NCBI GenBank assembly: GCA_028534125.1
Contig: CM052818.1
Location: 18,106,001 to 18,170,000, forward strand
Origin: Lama glama
Taxonomy: Eukaryota
Reading direction: 5' to 3'
Length of the DNA: 64,000 bases
The notes beneath the pieces are model-generated. The model had not been told where the DNA came from. It ran no database searches and worked only from the letters and a program-made list of their open reading frames with translations. This document shows positions 38,032 to 49,964 of the stretch, one piece after another (position 1 is the first letter of the stretch; each line of letters starts with the position of its first letter). A program made the position numbers and the translations under genes.

Positions 38032-41000
38032 TCTGAGAGAGAGCGAGACATAGGTAAAACATATTGAAAATATGATCCAAAAATCCTGGCTCTTAAGTGT
38101 TCCATCATTTCTAATTAGTGTTTTTATTTAGTTTTAGAACAATAATTTTCCCCTCACTCATCCATTCCTATTTCTCCTCCTCTCCCAAGACCTACTACTT
38201 TTTAACTGAATAATCAGTGCTTCTGTGAATGATGGGCAGTGGGAGATGTATGCTGTCAGCAAACTGACACTGGCTGGTGTAAGTGCATATGGGAGGTTGG
38301 TGCAGGATTCCAGCTCAGCTGAGGAGAGAGACTCTTGGAGGTTACAGAGACAGCTGTCCTTCACAATAAACGTTAGGGAAGACAATCTGAACCCTCTTTC
38401 GATTGGTTTTCCCCAAGCAAGGAAGAAGGTTGACAGAAATGAATTGGCAATTCCTTTATTATTCAGGCAATCTGATCAATATATATATATACAGCTGAGC
38501 AAGACCACTGGCTTGCTGGCAGACTTCCAGGCTTAGGGAAGAACTGGGGCCAGGCAGAGGCACTGAAAAATCACTTCTCCCATTCACTTTCAGGCTCCAG
38601 AATTTGGGGGGAAGAGACAGCAGAACAGGAACGATGTGCCTGTGGCTATAGGAGGCCAGCATCTTTTACATCCTGTTAAGAGTGTGGGATGGGAGGCTGT
38701 GTGCATTGAGTAGGAGGTGAATGAAAAATAAAATCAAATGGAAACTTATGAAAAGGTTTCAAAAGTGTAAATCGGTGAAGTTCAGGACTAATGGGTTCGC
38801 AGGCCTGTATACTTCTTCCTTTCCTAAATTTAAGGGAAATTAGTACTCCCAACATCTAAGCCCTCAATCGATAACGGTCAAAGGCACAAACAATGGCCTG
38901 ACCAGCCGTAAAGATTTTGAATTTCTAGGCCGTTGCATATGGCAAGATATAGAATTCTCTGTATACGGGGTATCCAGCAAAGACTAAGCTTTAACTTTTT
39001 TTTTTTCCAGAGCAGGGAAAACCTCTGTGTTAAAAGATGAAGTCATTTGTGCTTCTTGGGCTTGTCTGTAGGGCTAAGAGTCTCTTGTTCTAGGAGGTAA
39101 TGCTTTGCAAAGCCCGTTTGATCGCACGGATCGTGAAGTAAGCATTAATCGCCTTTCTGAGGGGCAGCAACTCTTTCTCGATCAGGAGATTTCTGCTGGG
39201 TCCAGATTCTATAGTGTAGAGAACCCTGGAGATTTTAAGTAGTTGATGGAAAACGAGGGCTGTGTAAGCTTGTTCCTGTCCTGTGGTGAACATGAGGGAG
39301 CCAGGCAGGGAACGTGTCCACCAAGAAACTCTAAAATGGGTATGTGTCTTTAGGAATTTTCCCTTTTTCGCACCACTCTGGGTTTCTGGCCATACTTCCA
39401 AAGAGGTAACTCAGAAGAAAACCATGTCCCTTCTGTAGGCCAGATCAGAGGTACTGGCGATGTCCACTAGCCTGGAGTTTGTGGTACAGAAGGAGCAGGC
39501 AAACCTAGAGGAAGTCAAGCTCAACCAGTGACAGGCAGAGGGTCAGAGTGGCAGTCAGGAGCCCGAGGCCAGCTGAGCTGGAAGAGGACAGCAGGCTGAT
39601 TTGGGGAGGAAGGATGCACAGACGCCGGGGAAGAACATCATGGCAAAAAGACCAGACTTCCTGAACGGAAGCAGGATGGGAACTCTCTCCAGTAATTTGG
39701 GTATCAATGTTAATTGTGTCGTTATTTTATAGACTCACACCATTCTGGCTTGTGACAGTTGAATTATAACTATAATGAGGGTATCAGTCCTAATACAATT
39801 ATATTCCTGTATTTACCCAGATAAGAATAGGGTATGCATTAATTTAAGATACTGGAAAAAGAAAAGCATGAAATATATAAAAGGTAAAAACAGACATTTC
39901 CCTGGGTCACATACAAATGAGAGTTTCACCAACGTTCTGTTAGAAAGGGAAGTTAGTACTAGAACACAATGTGTAACAATGTAGCTGTTACTGTATAATT
40001 AGGCTTAAGTTATTTAGCTAATGAGATATAATTCACCCCATAGCACAGGATCAGTATAAGAACCTTTGGTTGTTAACCTACAATGGTTGTACTAAACTGA
40101 CAAGTTCCTAAGGTGTCTAGAAAATCAACACCAAAAATGTCTAACCAGAGTCTACTTCTTCTGCACATGTTACATACCCTTAAAGAATATACATCTTCCA
40201 AAACAATATAGAAGTGGCATACGATTTCTCCTTATTTTTAATTATATACCAATGCTTAGGGGGCTTAATAGCCACATGCCCAAATCAAGAGCCAAACAGA
40301 GGTACAGAAATATGACAACCCCAAGGCAGACAAGGTGCTGCCACTGAGTACCTCTCTTTGGCAATCACTGAATACCTTCCCTTACATCGCCTTTATTTTT
40401 TTTACAGTGACACTGATTTTCAGAAGTAGGGCAAAATTTGTACCATCTCCTGATTTTGAGAGCTGGGCTAGTAAATGAATAGATGCCCTGAAGGCATCCC
40501 TAGGAAAGAAACTTAAAATAAAATCAGGAAAATCGCACAAGTCCAGAGAACTAGCTCAGGTCCCTTTGTCCCTGGCCAAGGGCAGCATGGTGTAGGATTT
40601 GAAATCCAAAGTCAAGTCTTGGGCCTGCTGCTTCATGTATGTGTATGACCTTGAACAAGCAATTCAATCTCTCTGAGCCTCAACTTCTTCAACTTTAAAA
40701 TGAAAAGATTTATGATAACCAGCACAAAAATTTGTTCTGTATACTTGACGGAAAGAGTGTATTTGAAAAGTATCTTTGTCAACTATATTTACTGCTCATG
40801 ATGAATTATAATCTTAAAGGAGCTTGATTTAGAAAGTCAAAAACAGACACTAGAATATACCATTGTGCTTTTACAGGTGTGGACAAGACAGGAGTGGTGA
40901 CATATTTTGTCAGAGGGAAGGAGAATGAGTGGCATGTGAAAAGATAAGAGTCTGTAAAAACATCTCTGTCCAACCCTCCAAACTTGTACTGAGAATGGTG

Positions 41001-41073
41001 CAGAATTTCTCAGTCCAATCAGCCCTCACTGCACAACTAGGCATCTCTCAGCACTTCAAGATCTAACCTGGAC

Positions 41074-41647
41074 TTAAATGTTCATAGCAGCACTATTTAC
41101 AATAACCAAGACATAGAAACAACCTAAATGTCCATCGACAGATAACTGGATAAAGAAGTTATGGTATAATTATATGGTGGAATACTACTCAGCCATAAAA
41201 AAGAATAAAATATTTCCATTTGCAGCGACATGGGTGGACCTGGAGGATTGTCATTCTAAATGAAGTAAGCCAGAAAGAGAAAGAAAAATACCATATGATA
41301 TCACTTACATGTGGGATCTAAAATAAAAGACAAATGAACTTATTTACAAAACAGAAACAGACTCACAGACATAGAAAATAAACTTATGGTTACCGGGGGG
41401 TGAGGGATTGGGAAGAGATAAATTGGGAATTTAAGATTTGCAGATACTAGCTACTATATATAAAATAGATAAACAACAAGCTTATCCTGTAGAGCACAGG
41501 GAATTATATTCAATATCTTGTAGTAACCTATAATGAAAAAGATTATGAAGATGCGTATATGTATGTATATGTATGACTGAACTATTATGCTGTACACCAG
41601 AAAATGATACAACATTGTAAACTGACTATACTTCAATAAAAAAAAAA
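41074..41647 (+). mobile_element. Young 5'-truncated L1 3' end with 13-bp TSD
   Basis: aatgttcatagcagcactatttacaat...ggaatactactcagccataaaaaag...gctgtacaccagaaa...cttcaataaaaaaaaaa; TSD atctaacctggac at 41061-41073 and 41648-41660. Confidence 0.93.
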
Positions 41648-41935
41648 ATCTAACCTGGACCATGTCTTGTAGACTGTCAAGGGTCAGAAACATTAGGTAG
41701 GTGAAGAATTAAGCTTGTGGGAAATCCATTCAACCAAATATAAGTTAGAAAAGAGAGAAAGAAAAAAAAAGTCTTATATAAAGCCTCTTTGTAGGCGACA
41801 GAGGGCATAAACTGTGGAGGTGAGATATTTTATTTTGCCATACACTGTCTGTAAAGCAATTTCTTCTCTTAGAAAATGATGTTTCTATTGGACTCTGAGC
41901 TATTTGTCATTCTGAGCCGCAAACAAAATATTTTT

Positions 41936-42490
41936 CATAAGAACATCAGAAATGCCATGCTGGGTCCAACTGATGGTCCCTCTTGTCTTGTGTTTTGCCT
42001 TTGAAAGTGGCACCAAGAGAGAGTCCACAGTGGAGGACACAGATACTCCATTTCAGTGACTTTAAAAACATTGTTGACTGTGGATCAGGGTTAGAAATAG
42101 AGTTTACATAGTAATGCAGCACTCATACTCACACACACACACACACAAAATAACCTCATCTATACATATTTATGTATATTATATATATGTTATGTTATGT
42201 ATAATTGATACTTTGTATTATATTCGATTCCTTTTTTTATTTTTGACTACTGGTCCTGATCCACTAAACTGATTTCATGATCCATAATAGGGTCACATCT
42301 TATAGCTTGAAATACCTTGCTCTCTACGCTGTCAGCCTCAAAGGTTAGGGACATAGCTCTAACATGTCTATTTCTTATACCCATTGAGGATCTATTAGCC
42401 ATGAATTTACCTAAAGCCACCTTTTGAGGAAATGAGTTCTATAAGGGTAAGTACTCACAATATAAGCAGAACTTTCTCTCACTTGTGATT
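41936..42490 (-). mobile_element. Ancient CR1/L3-family LINE 3' remnant, split by a hAT element
   Basis: cataagaacatcagaaatgccatgctgggtccaactgatggtcc...; after 42320, aggttagggaca...cccattgaggatctattagccatgaatttacctaa...aatgagttctataagg. Resembles the antisense CR1 3' end of sauropsid type, from memory. Confidence 0.6.
42054..42319 (-). mobile_element. hAT-Charlie non-autonomous element (Charlie4z-like)
   Basis: Reverse complement contains gtgaccctattatggatcatgaaatcagtttagtggatcaggaccag; cagtg terminus at 42054. Confidence 0.6.
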
Positions 42491-42711
42491 CTGTAGTATG
42501 TTAGATAAGGTTAATGTGATCAAAAGATCTAAATGAAGGACCATAGGCTTGGTTTCCCTTCTCCTCCTCAGAAATTCCATCTCTATGGCCGAGAGATGAC
42601 AACATGCAGCTTACACTGGATTAAACCTTAGGCATTGAACATTTCTGAGAGTAAATTGATTTTTATGACAAGGTCCCATAGGCACTGATTTATCAAACAT
42701 CTATTAATTAC

Positions 42712-43340
42712 ATCACAGGTTATATTTTCCAAAGATGGCAGCAAAATCATGCTCCATCTGACATGCTTTTTGCAGTGTAATCATGTCACATCCCTTTAAG
42801 AGGTGCTGTCCATTCTCCACCCCACTGAATTTGGCTGGACTCTGTCTGCGTTCATCAACAGAGTATGTAGGAGGCGACTACAGCCAGTTCCAGGGATAGT
42901 TCTCATGGCAGCATCCCCTTCCTGCCTCTGGGAGACAGCCACCAGGTAAGAGGTCTACTCAGAGACCATCAGGTGAGAAGTCCAAGCTAGGTGGAGGGGC
43001 CCTAAGGATGAGATGGAGAGACAGAGACAGAAACCAAGGAGTGCCAAAGTGCCCATGTATAAAGCAAATACTTGAAAGAGCTCTTCCAAGTGTAGGGACC
43101 AACCATCCATTCAAATCCTTCCTGTGGTGAGGAGGGTATAGCTCAGTGGTAAAGTGTATGCTTAGAATGCATGAAGTCTTGGGTTCATTCCCCAGTACCT
43201 CCATTAAAGATAAACAAACAAACCTAATTACCTCCCCTCCCAAATCCTTCCTGATTTCCTGATCCACAAAATTTTGAAAATAATTGGTTTACGCCTCTAG
43301 GTTTTCGGGTATCTTATAATATCAAAACATAATTAAAACA
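42712..43340 (+). mobile_element. MLT1G/H-like MaLR LTR, interrupted by a SINE
   Basis: ttatattttccaaagatggcagc...acatgcttttt...tttcctgatccacaaaattttga...aggttttcgggt...aattaaaaca. Confidence 0.75.
43125..43240 (+). mobile_element. tRNA-Ala-derived SINE (camelid vic-1-like) with 13-bp TSD
   Basis: ggagggtatagctcagtggtaaagtgtatgcttagaatgcatgaagtcttgggttcattccccagtacctcc...aaacctaattacctcccc; TSD caaatccttcctg at 43112-43124 and 43241-43253. Confidence 0.9.
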
Positions 43341-46300
43341 AGTATCCATATCATATGAATCTCAAGTTCTTCCATGGACTAGCAAAAAAATGGACTTTGT
43401 GATTTTCTTTTGAATTTAAATTTTTATTTTGTAGTAACAAGACCAATATGGATAGTATAATTGTGTAAATCACAATATGAATTGCATGTTCATAAAAATA
43501 GTATGTGGTTTTTAATGTAGTTGTTCCTTTTCACCAATATTTTACTAATATCTATCGATTATCTCCTCATTTTTTTTTTCCTGATGGGTGCTTAGTATGC
43601 TTAGTATGTGTTACTGGGCACAGGGGAATACAGAGGTTAACGAGAAAACATCCTTGACCTTGAGTGAGTCAATTTGTTAGAAAAGAGATAAGTAAAGGGG
43701 TCCTTTTATTACATCAGTGCCAGGAGGACTTCACAGAGGTAACTTTTAAGCTGGGTCTTCAAGAATGAATAGGTCAGGAAAAAGATTTGGAGAGGGGATA
43801 TGACAGAGAGATCAAAATAATGGCATTCTAAGCAGAGAAGGCAGAACACTCAAAGGCAAAAAACAAACAAACAAAAGACAAACTGAAAGTGTGGTGGGCT
43901 GGATGTGGTTCCAGAAATGAGTCATCAGTGGACAGACAGGAACAGTAAGACTTAACATGGTTGGGGCCATATAATGAAGAACTTAGGATGCCATGCTAAA
44001 AGAATACTCAAACCAGCAAGTGATTAGGAACTAAGGAAATATGTTTGAATAGAGATGTGTTCTGAGCACGTTCATATTGAACACGAACTCCAAAAGAGGT
44101 ATCCATATGAACGGACATTGTGAGCATGAGTCCGAGGGTCCTAGCTCCCAAGGTCTGGTCTAACCCATAACACATAAAAGCACACGCAGGTGGGAATCAC
44201 TTCCTTTACTTGTTTCTTTTACTAAAATGGAGGGGGAACTGCCATTTCCTAGCATCACTGTTGACCTATGACTGTCATATAATAACAGCAAACAGAGATT
44301 TTTCAAGAATAAAAGAAAGAAAAACAGTTAACCAAAATTACAGCAACTCAGAGTGGGGAAAGTTTTCGCTGGGGATATCTATTTCGAACACTAGGATATT
44401 AAACTTTATCCTCACATCTAAGACCATATTTCTATCACAGCTTACAAAGCAGAAAACATAAATCACTAGCAGAGATATAACTTTCTGAGGTGCACACAGG
44501 GTTTTTTTTCTTCCTATATCACAGGATTTAGCTTCAGAATTTACACTTCCCTAACATTAGAGAACATGTTCCAGCAAAGACAGGGGTCAAGATGTTTGGG
44601 TTTTTGCAGCTAATCTTATTATTGCTCCAGTGGAGCATCCAAGCAAAGAAAAAAAGCAATCAGACCAGATTGCCTGTGGCTAAATACTGTAACACAAACG
44701 GACATCATAGCCCAAGGAATCCTCCCACTAAAAACAAACAGGCAGGGAAGAATCTTAACCTGTTCGCATGCAACCCTCATGGGAGCGACACAGGAAAATA
44801 AAATTCTCCTCGGTGGTGTCTGATGCTCTACTACGATGACCCAGTCTCCAGGGCTATTTAAAAATTTGAACTCAGGTTCCCTGAGTTCTGATTCCCTTCT
44901 CATCAAAATTGCTATCCCAATTTTAACTGCACTTCCCTGAGGGCAGAAAACATCAACTCACCATATTTATAGCTGGAGCATAATTACTATATGCAGTATT
45001 TATCTGGCTAGTCATCTGTTTGCATGTCTTCAGTCTAGTTGGTGAAACTGTCAGTAGATAAATTTCTCAGTGTCATGTTCAAAAATGTGTCACTCACTGG
45101 TTATTTTATCCATTTGGTCCACTTGGCTTGTCCCTTGGTTTCTTAAAGGGATGGCCCACCTTTATCAGCCCTTCTTGAGAGGTTTCTCTCACTCCTTAGT
45201 GAGGTTTAGGCCCTCATGAGACCTTTATTTCTATCTAATGATTCTTATCATTGATGTACACCAAGGTCCCAAGTTATTTTTTTTTATTATTCTGTGACTT
45301 CACTTACTCAGAGCACCTAACCTCATACAATCACAAGGCGATTTTAGGCTGCTGGAACTGCTAAATCAAATGAAAATGTTAGTATCCTTAAAACACTCCA
45401 TCAAAGTGTATGTATTTCAGCGTGTGTATGAAACTGTAAGAGTGCCATCTCCCTGCTTTCTAGAGATTCCAATATGTCTATATAGAGAAAAGCCACACAA
45501 GGTTTTCCCAGATTCCACCCTCTTCCACGTGAACCAATTGGAACATCTAGTTGGTACCCAGCCTCTGAACTAGCTCCCTAATTTTGCCACCTCTTGATGA
45601 TGGTAATGTCTCAACCAAGCCTAAGAGCATTTGACTCAAGACTGGGGAACAGGGGTGATTGCTATAGCTAACCTGATTAGCTTATTACCACACCATAAAT
45701 GTAAACGACTTTCTTCAACTTCTTTATTTTCCAAAGCATTTGACCAGGGGACATCCTGACATCTGGACTGATGCTGTTCCAGAACTAAGCTACAGCAGCG
45801 AGAGCAGCTGCATTCTCTAGGGCTAGGTGGCCTTGTCCAAAGTATGACTTTCCATCTATTGCAGTCAGCTTTCATTTCTTCTTCTCCAACAGAGAAGACC
45901 TATGGGGCTGGAGAAATAAACTTCATTTTGACATTCAAGCTTTCCTTCAACTGCTGTAAATTTTCCACGGAAGGAATTTTGACCTTCATTTTTTTCCCCT
46001 TGTTGTGCCTAGCAGAATGCTGGGAAAATGACAGATGGACAATCACCAATTTTCCATTTGTCAATCTTATAATATTCACCATTACAACATACTGATTTAT
46101 TTTTCTCTTTCAGCATAGTCTTGAATTCTAACTCTCTCGATGTATCTCCTTTCCTATCTTTTCCCTCACCCTAAATCCTTTCCCTCTTTTATTTCTTATG
46201 AGACTCAGCCTTCTTTACAGTCTCCCTCCTAATTTAAACCTGAGCAAGAAAGAACAGTATCTAAGGATCACGGTTATTGAGGGGCAGGGGGTGGAAGGCA

Positions 46301-46901
46301 TTAGGAGTCACACTTATCTGAATGGAGGAAGCCCTCTCTCTGAGCCAGCCAGTCCTTTGGGACCCAGCTCTCCTGCTGTCCCCACTTAGCCTCCTTGTTG
46401 TATATATTATGGAAATAGCCCCCTGCAGTGCAGAAATTGCCTCCTACTCTCGGCATCTGTCTGCTGTAGCTCAGCAACGACCTCTCCCTGCTCCATCCCC
46501 ACCACTTCACTATCAGCAAAAAGGACAAAAGTCCCAAATTCTTTGGTCCCTGCAGTTTGTAATCATTTTAGGAGCCACAGTTGCCCTAGTTGCCCTAAGA
46601 AGAGTGAATGTTCACAGCTGTGTGTGGGTCAGACCCCAACCAAGATTCATGGGTTCCTTTGAGAATGCCCCCTCCTCCTTAGATTGGCCACAACTTCCAT
46701 TATAATATCCAAAGGGATAAGGACTGATGAGCCTTCACCTCCCTCCTACCACTCACATCCAGAAAAAAAAAAAAAAAGTCTATCCTTCTTTAAACTATTA
46801 CTGTAAACTTGATTTGCTAAGTGGTAAGTAGACATAGAAGATGGGCAGTCCTGAGCACTTGTGCTGTTTATAGCCCACGTCAGAGCTTTATTTATGACCA
46901 T

Positions 46902-47306
46902 TGCCTCTTCTCAGATCCATTTAAATAAACTGTAAATTGTCAGTGGTGTCTGTGGAAACAAACTGGCAAAACAGACAATGTAGTTGCAAAAAAGAGAGAA
47001 AGAGAACACAAAGGACAAAAAGGATCTTGTCTAAAAATAAAACCAGTTTCCTTTTTAAAATCACACACATGTCACTGTCATTACACTTATGACTTCAAAA
47101 GATAAAAGTCGGAAGCAATTTTGCCTCCGGCATGGACATGATTTTCTTCGAGGAAGGTGGGCAAGGCTGGCCAAGGGGAAGCAGGGCAGGACCTACAGGC
47201 AAATTCACATGATCTGGACTCTGTCCTCCTGGGCGTCCCCTCTTTCCATCTTTTCTGCCCTTTCCACCTCTTTTTGGTTCTCTCGTACTCTCACTCTGGG
47301 ATCCAG
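46902..47306 (+). repeat. Copy A of an unclassified ~390-bp duplicated unit
   Basis: Aligns end to end with 47931-48315; the first 70 nt are 57/70 identical without gaps (hand count). Confidence 0.9.
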
Positions 47307-47829
47307 TGTTCACATTCTCCCCAGAGAGAAGTTTCCTGATTACCTATTTTTAAGTAGAGCTTAGATGACTGATCATCGGTCAAGGATGTTGACAAGGGAC
47401 GCCCTTAACAAAGAAGGAAACTCAATTCTTTGAGCTCACAGTTTTATTCTGGCCACCTTTGACCCTGTTAGCAATTGTGCTAATGTGTTAGGGATTTAAT
47501 GCACTGTCTCTCCTGATATTCCTGCAATTTTAGAAATCTTTAGAGGCCAATACTTTTAAAAAATCATTCCAACAGCACTATGCTGTGAGTGCTTTATGTC
47601 CAAATGTATGCTAAGCCCAAAGGAGATACCAAGAAAACAGCCCTGCTATAAAACCAGGTGGGGAGAGAGGCGAGAAATCCATTCCTTCATCCCTCACAAT
47701 ATGTCTTTACTGAGTTCCTTCATGTCGTGCAAGGGCAAGATGGGTGGGTGTTGGAAGAGTGGCAAGATACAAAAAATAAACATAAATAAGAGCTATTCTT
47801 ATCAACATAGCTGAAAAACATATATAAGG

Positions 47830-48465
47830 TAGCAGTAGCAGCTAAAATTTACCGAGCATTTTTTTCATGTGCTGGACGTTGCTCTAAGTGTTTTGCAGTT
47901 ATAAACTCATTTTATGCCCACAACAACCTGTGCCTCTCCTCAGACCTACTTAAACAAGCTGTAAATTTTCAGTGGTTTCTATGGGGACACATTGGCAAAA
48001 TGGACAGTACACTTGAAAAAAAAATAGAATGCAGAGGACAAAAAAAAATCTTGTCAAAAATGAGACCAGTTTCATTTCTAGAATCACTCATAACTCAGAG
48101 TCAATGTAGTCATGTTTCCAAGATAGAAACCAGGAACAATTTTCTAACATGTATATTCCTCTCCCTGAGGGAAGGGAAACAAGGTAGGTCCTGGGGAAGC
48201 AGGGCAGACCTGCAGGCAAACCCGCGAGGTCTGGAATTGTCATCTTGGGCATCCCTTGCTTCTACATCCTTTGCACCTTCCCTCTTTTTGGAACTGTCTC
48301 TAATTTCCGGTCCAGCAGCTTACTCTTATTACTCCCACTGTATAAAAGAGGAAACTGTGACATGTAGAGATTAAGGAACTTGCCCAAAGTGACGTAGCTG
48401 GTCAACGGCATGGCTACGATTTGACTCAAGGAGCCTAACACCAGAGTTCGTACTTGTAACCACTA
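47830..48465 (-). mobile_element. MIR SINE split in two (47830-47930 and ~48316-48465)
   Basis: Left half: tttaccgagca...ctctaagtgtttt...cacaacaacctg. Right half: tactcttattactcccactgtataaaagaggaaactg...aacttgcccaaagtgac...atttgactc. Confidence 0.85.
47931..48315 (+). repeat. Copy B of the unclassified duplicated unit, inserted within a MIR
   Basis: Homologous to 46902-47306 and flanked by the two halves of one MIR. Confidence 0.9.
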
Positions 48466-48481
48466 CAGTAACTTTCTCCCT

Positions 48482-48508
48482 AAAAAAAAAAAAAAAAAAA
48501 AAAAAAAA
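48482..48508. repeat. Poly(A)27 tract
   Basis: Read directly; no SINE body or TSD seen. Confidence 0.95.
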
Positions 48509-49259
48509 TCACAGTCACCCCCATGCAGACACTTATAAAGTGCCACAGGAGCACACAGGCGAGAACAATTTCTTCTGCCTATAGGGTCAGAAAGGGTATT
48601 AGAGAATAAGTGGCTTTTAAACTGAGTCTTGAGAGATACGTAATTCACCAGGAAGCAAAGAGCGTGTCACAAGCATGTGCACCACAAAGTTGCATGACAT
48701 GTTAGGCAAATGACAGGTACGGTGACGGACTGCATCTTCAGACGTGCAAGTGTAGAGGCGGGGATACCATGACAAGTGACACTGCTGGAAAGTTGCGCCG
48801 TGGTGAACTGAGGAAAGAACTTTGACTACGTTATTCCTCCCAAAGCTGGTGAGATTTAAATGAATCCTTTAAGATTCAGCTGAAGTAAATTTCTTTGAGA
48901 AAGTCTTCTTTGTTGCCAAGGCTTACCTAGGAGCACTCTCCACTCCTGGCGTATAATTTGCATTTCTATTATGGCATATTACACAGCAATCGCTAGTTTC
49001 CTAATCTCTCTCCCCAACCCCGCCCCTGCTCTGTGCTGTCCCTGAGGGCACTAAATGGATTTTTATGCTGAATACACATAGTTCCTTGAACAACGCCTGC
49101 CACATAATGGATGCTCAATAATACTCATAACCTCTCTTCTACCCAAGGACCTGACCCCTGGAAGTAGTCCATCTTCTTCCTCATCGTTCTTTTCCTTTCA
49201 TTAAATTTACTCTTATCAACCTAGAAATGGGCCCTGGCTTCTTCCTTATTTAAAAAAAA

Positions 49260-49960
49260 ATCTTTTTGGATCCCCATGTCTCCGTTTAGCAATACCACTG
49301 TTTATATTGTTCAGTTTCATAACAAAAAGTCTTGAGTTGTTAATTCTTATTTCCTTGCCTTCATCCCATTGTCTCTGCCTCACTTCAAACAGGCTTAGAT
49401 CCCTATTTACCTCACCACCAAAATTGCTCCTGCAACAGTTACTAATAATTTTCATCTTTTCATATTCAAAAGTCACTTCTCTGTTTTTGTTTGATTAATC
49501 CCTCCTTCTTAAAATACTTTTCCTTTCCTTCCGTGATACCACATTCTTTAGACTGCCCCCCAGATTCGTCCTGGTCTCCACTGTCTTCTCTCTGTATTCA
49601 TCAAACATAAATTCATGATTTCTCCTTTCAAGATTGTGCCTTCCTTGTTCTTCTCCATCTCAGACAGCGGCCCCTGCAGCTGTATATTTACTCAGTTCAA
49701 AAACTGAACTGCTATTCGTCACACCTTCTTTTTGGAGGGACTAGAATTCAATCTGCACATATATTGCATTAACGAATCTCATTAATTCTATCCCCAAACT
49801 ATGTCTGGAACCCATCCACTTAGGTCTACTTTCCTGACCACTATTCTGGTCCGTAGCACATCTATCTATCACATAGATTATGGCAAGTTCTCCCATCACC
49901 CTGTTTCCATTCTTATCTCTTCGAGCCCATTTTCCATATAGCAACCAGAGTAATCATTTT
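49260..49960 (+). mobile_element. L2 LINE fragments
   Basis: ccttccgtgataccacattct, ttctccatctcag, cccattttccatatagcaaccagagtaatc. Confidence 0.7.
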
Positions 49961-49964
49961 TTCT

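Noticed and set aside
43125..43203. tRNA-Ala gene (also 20731-20806)
   Set aside because: Stems are mismatched, and the A-rich tail and flanking TSDs identify SINE copies rather than tRNA genes.
48000..48374. ORF pair 47089-47364 / 48000-48374 as paralogous small proteins
   Set aside because: The similarity comes from the DNA duplication, and the shared peptides switch frame between copies.
48482..48508. Poly(A)27 as a severely truncated retro-insertion
   Set aside because: No flanking TSD or element body; slippage expansion is sufficient.
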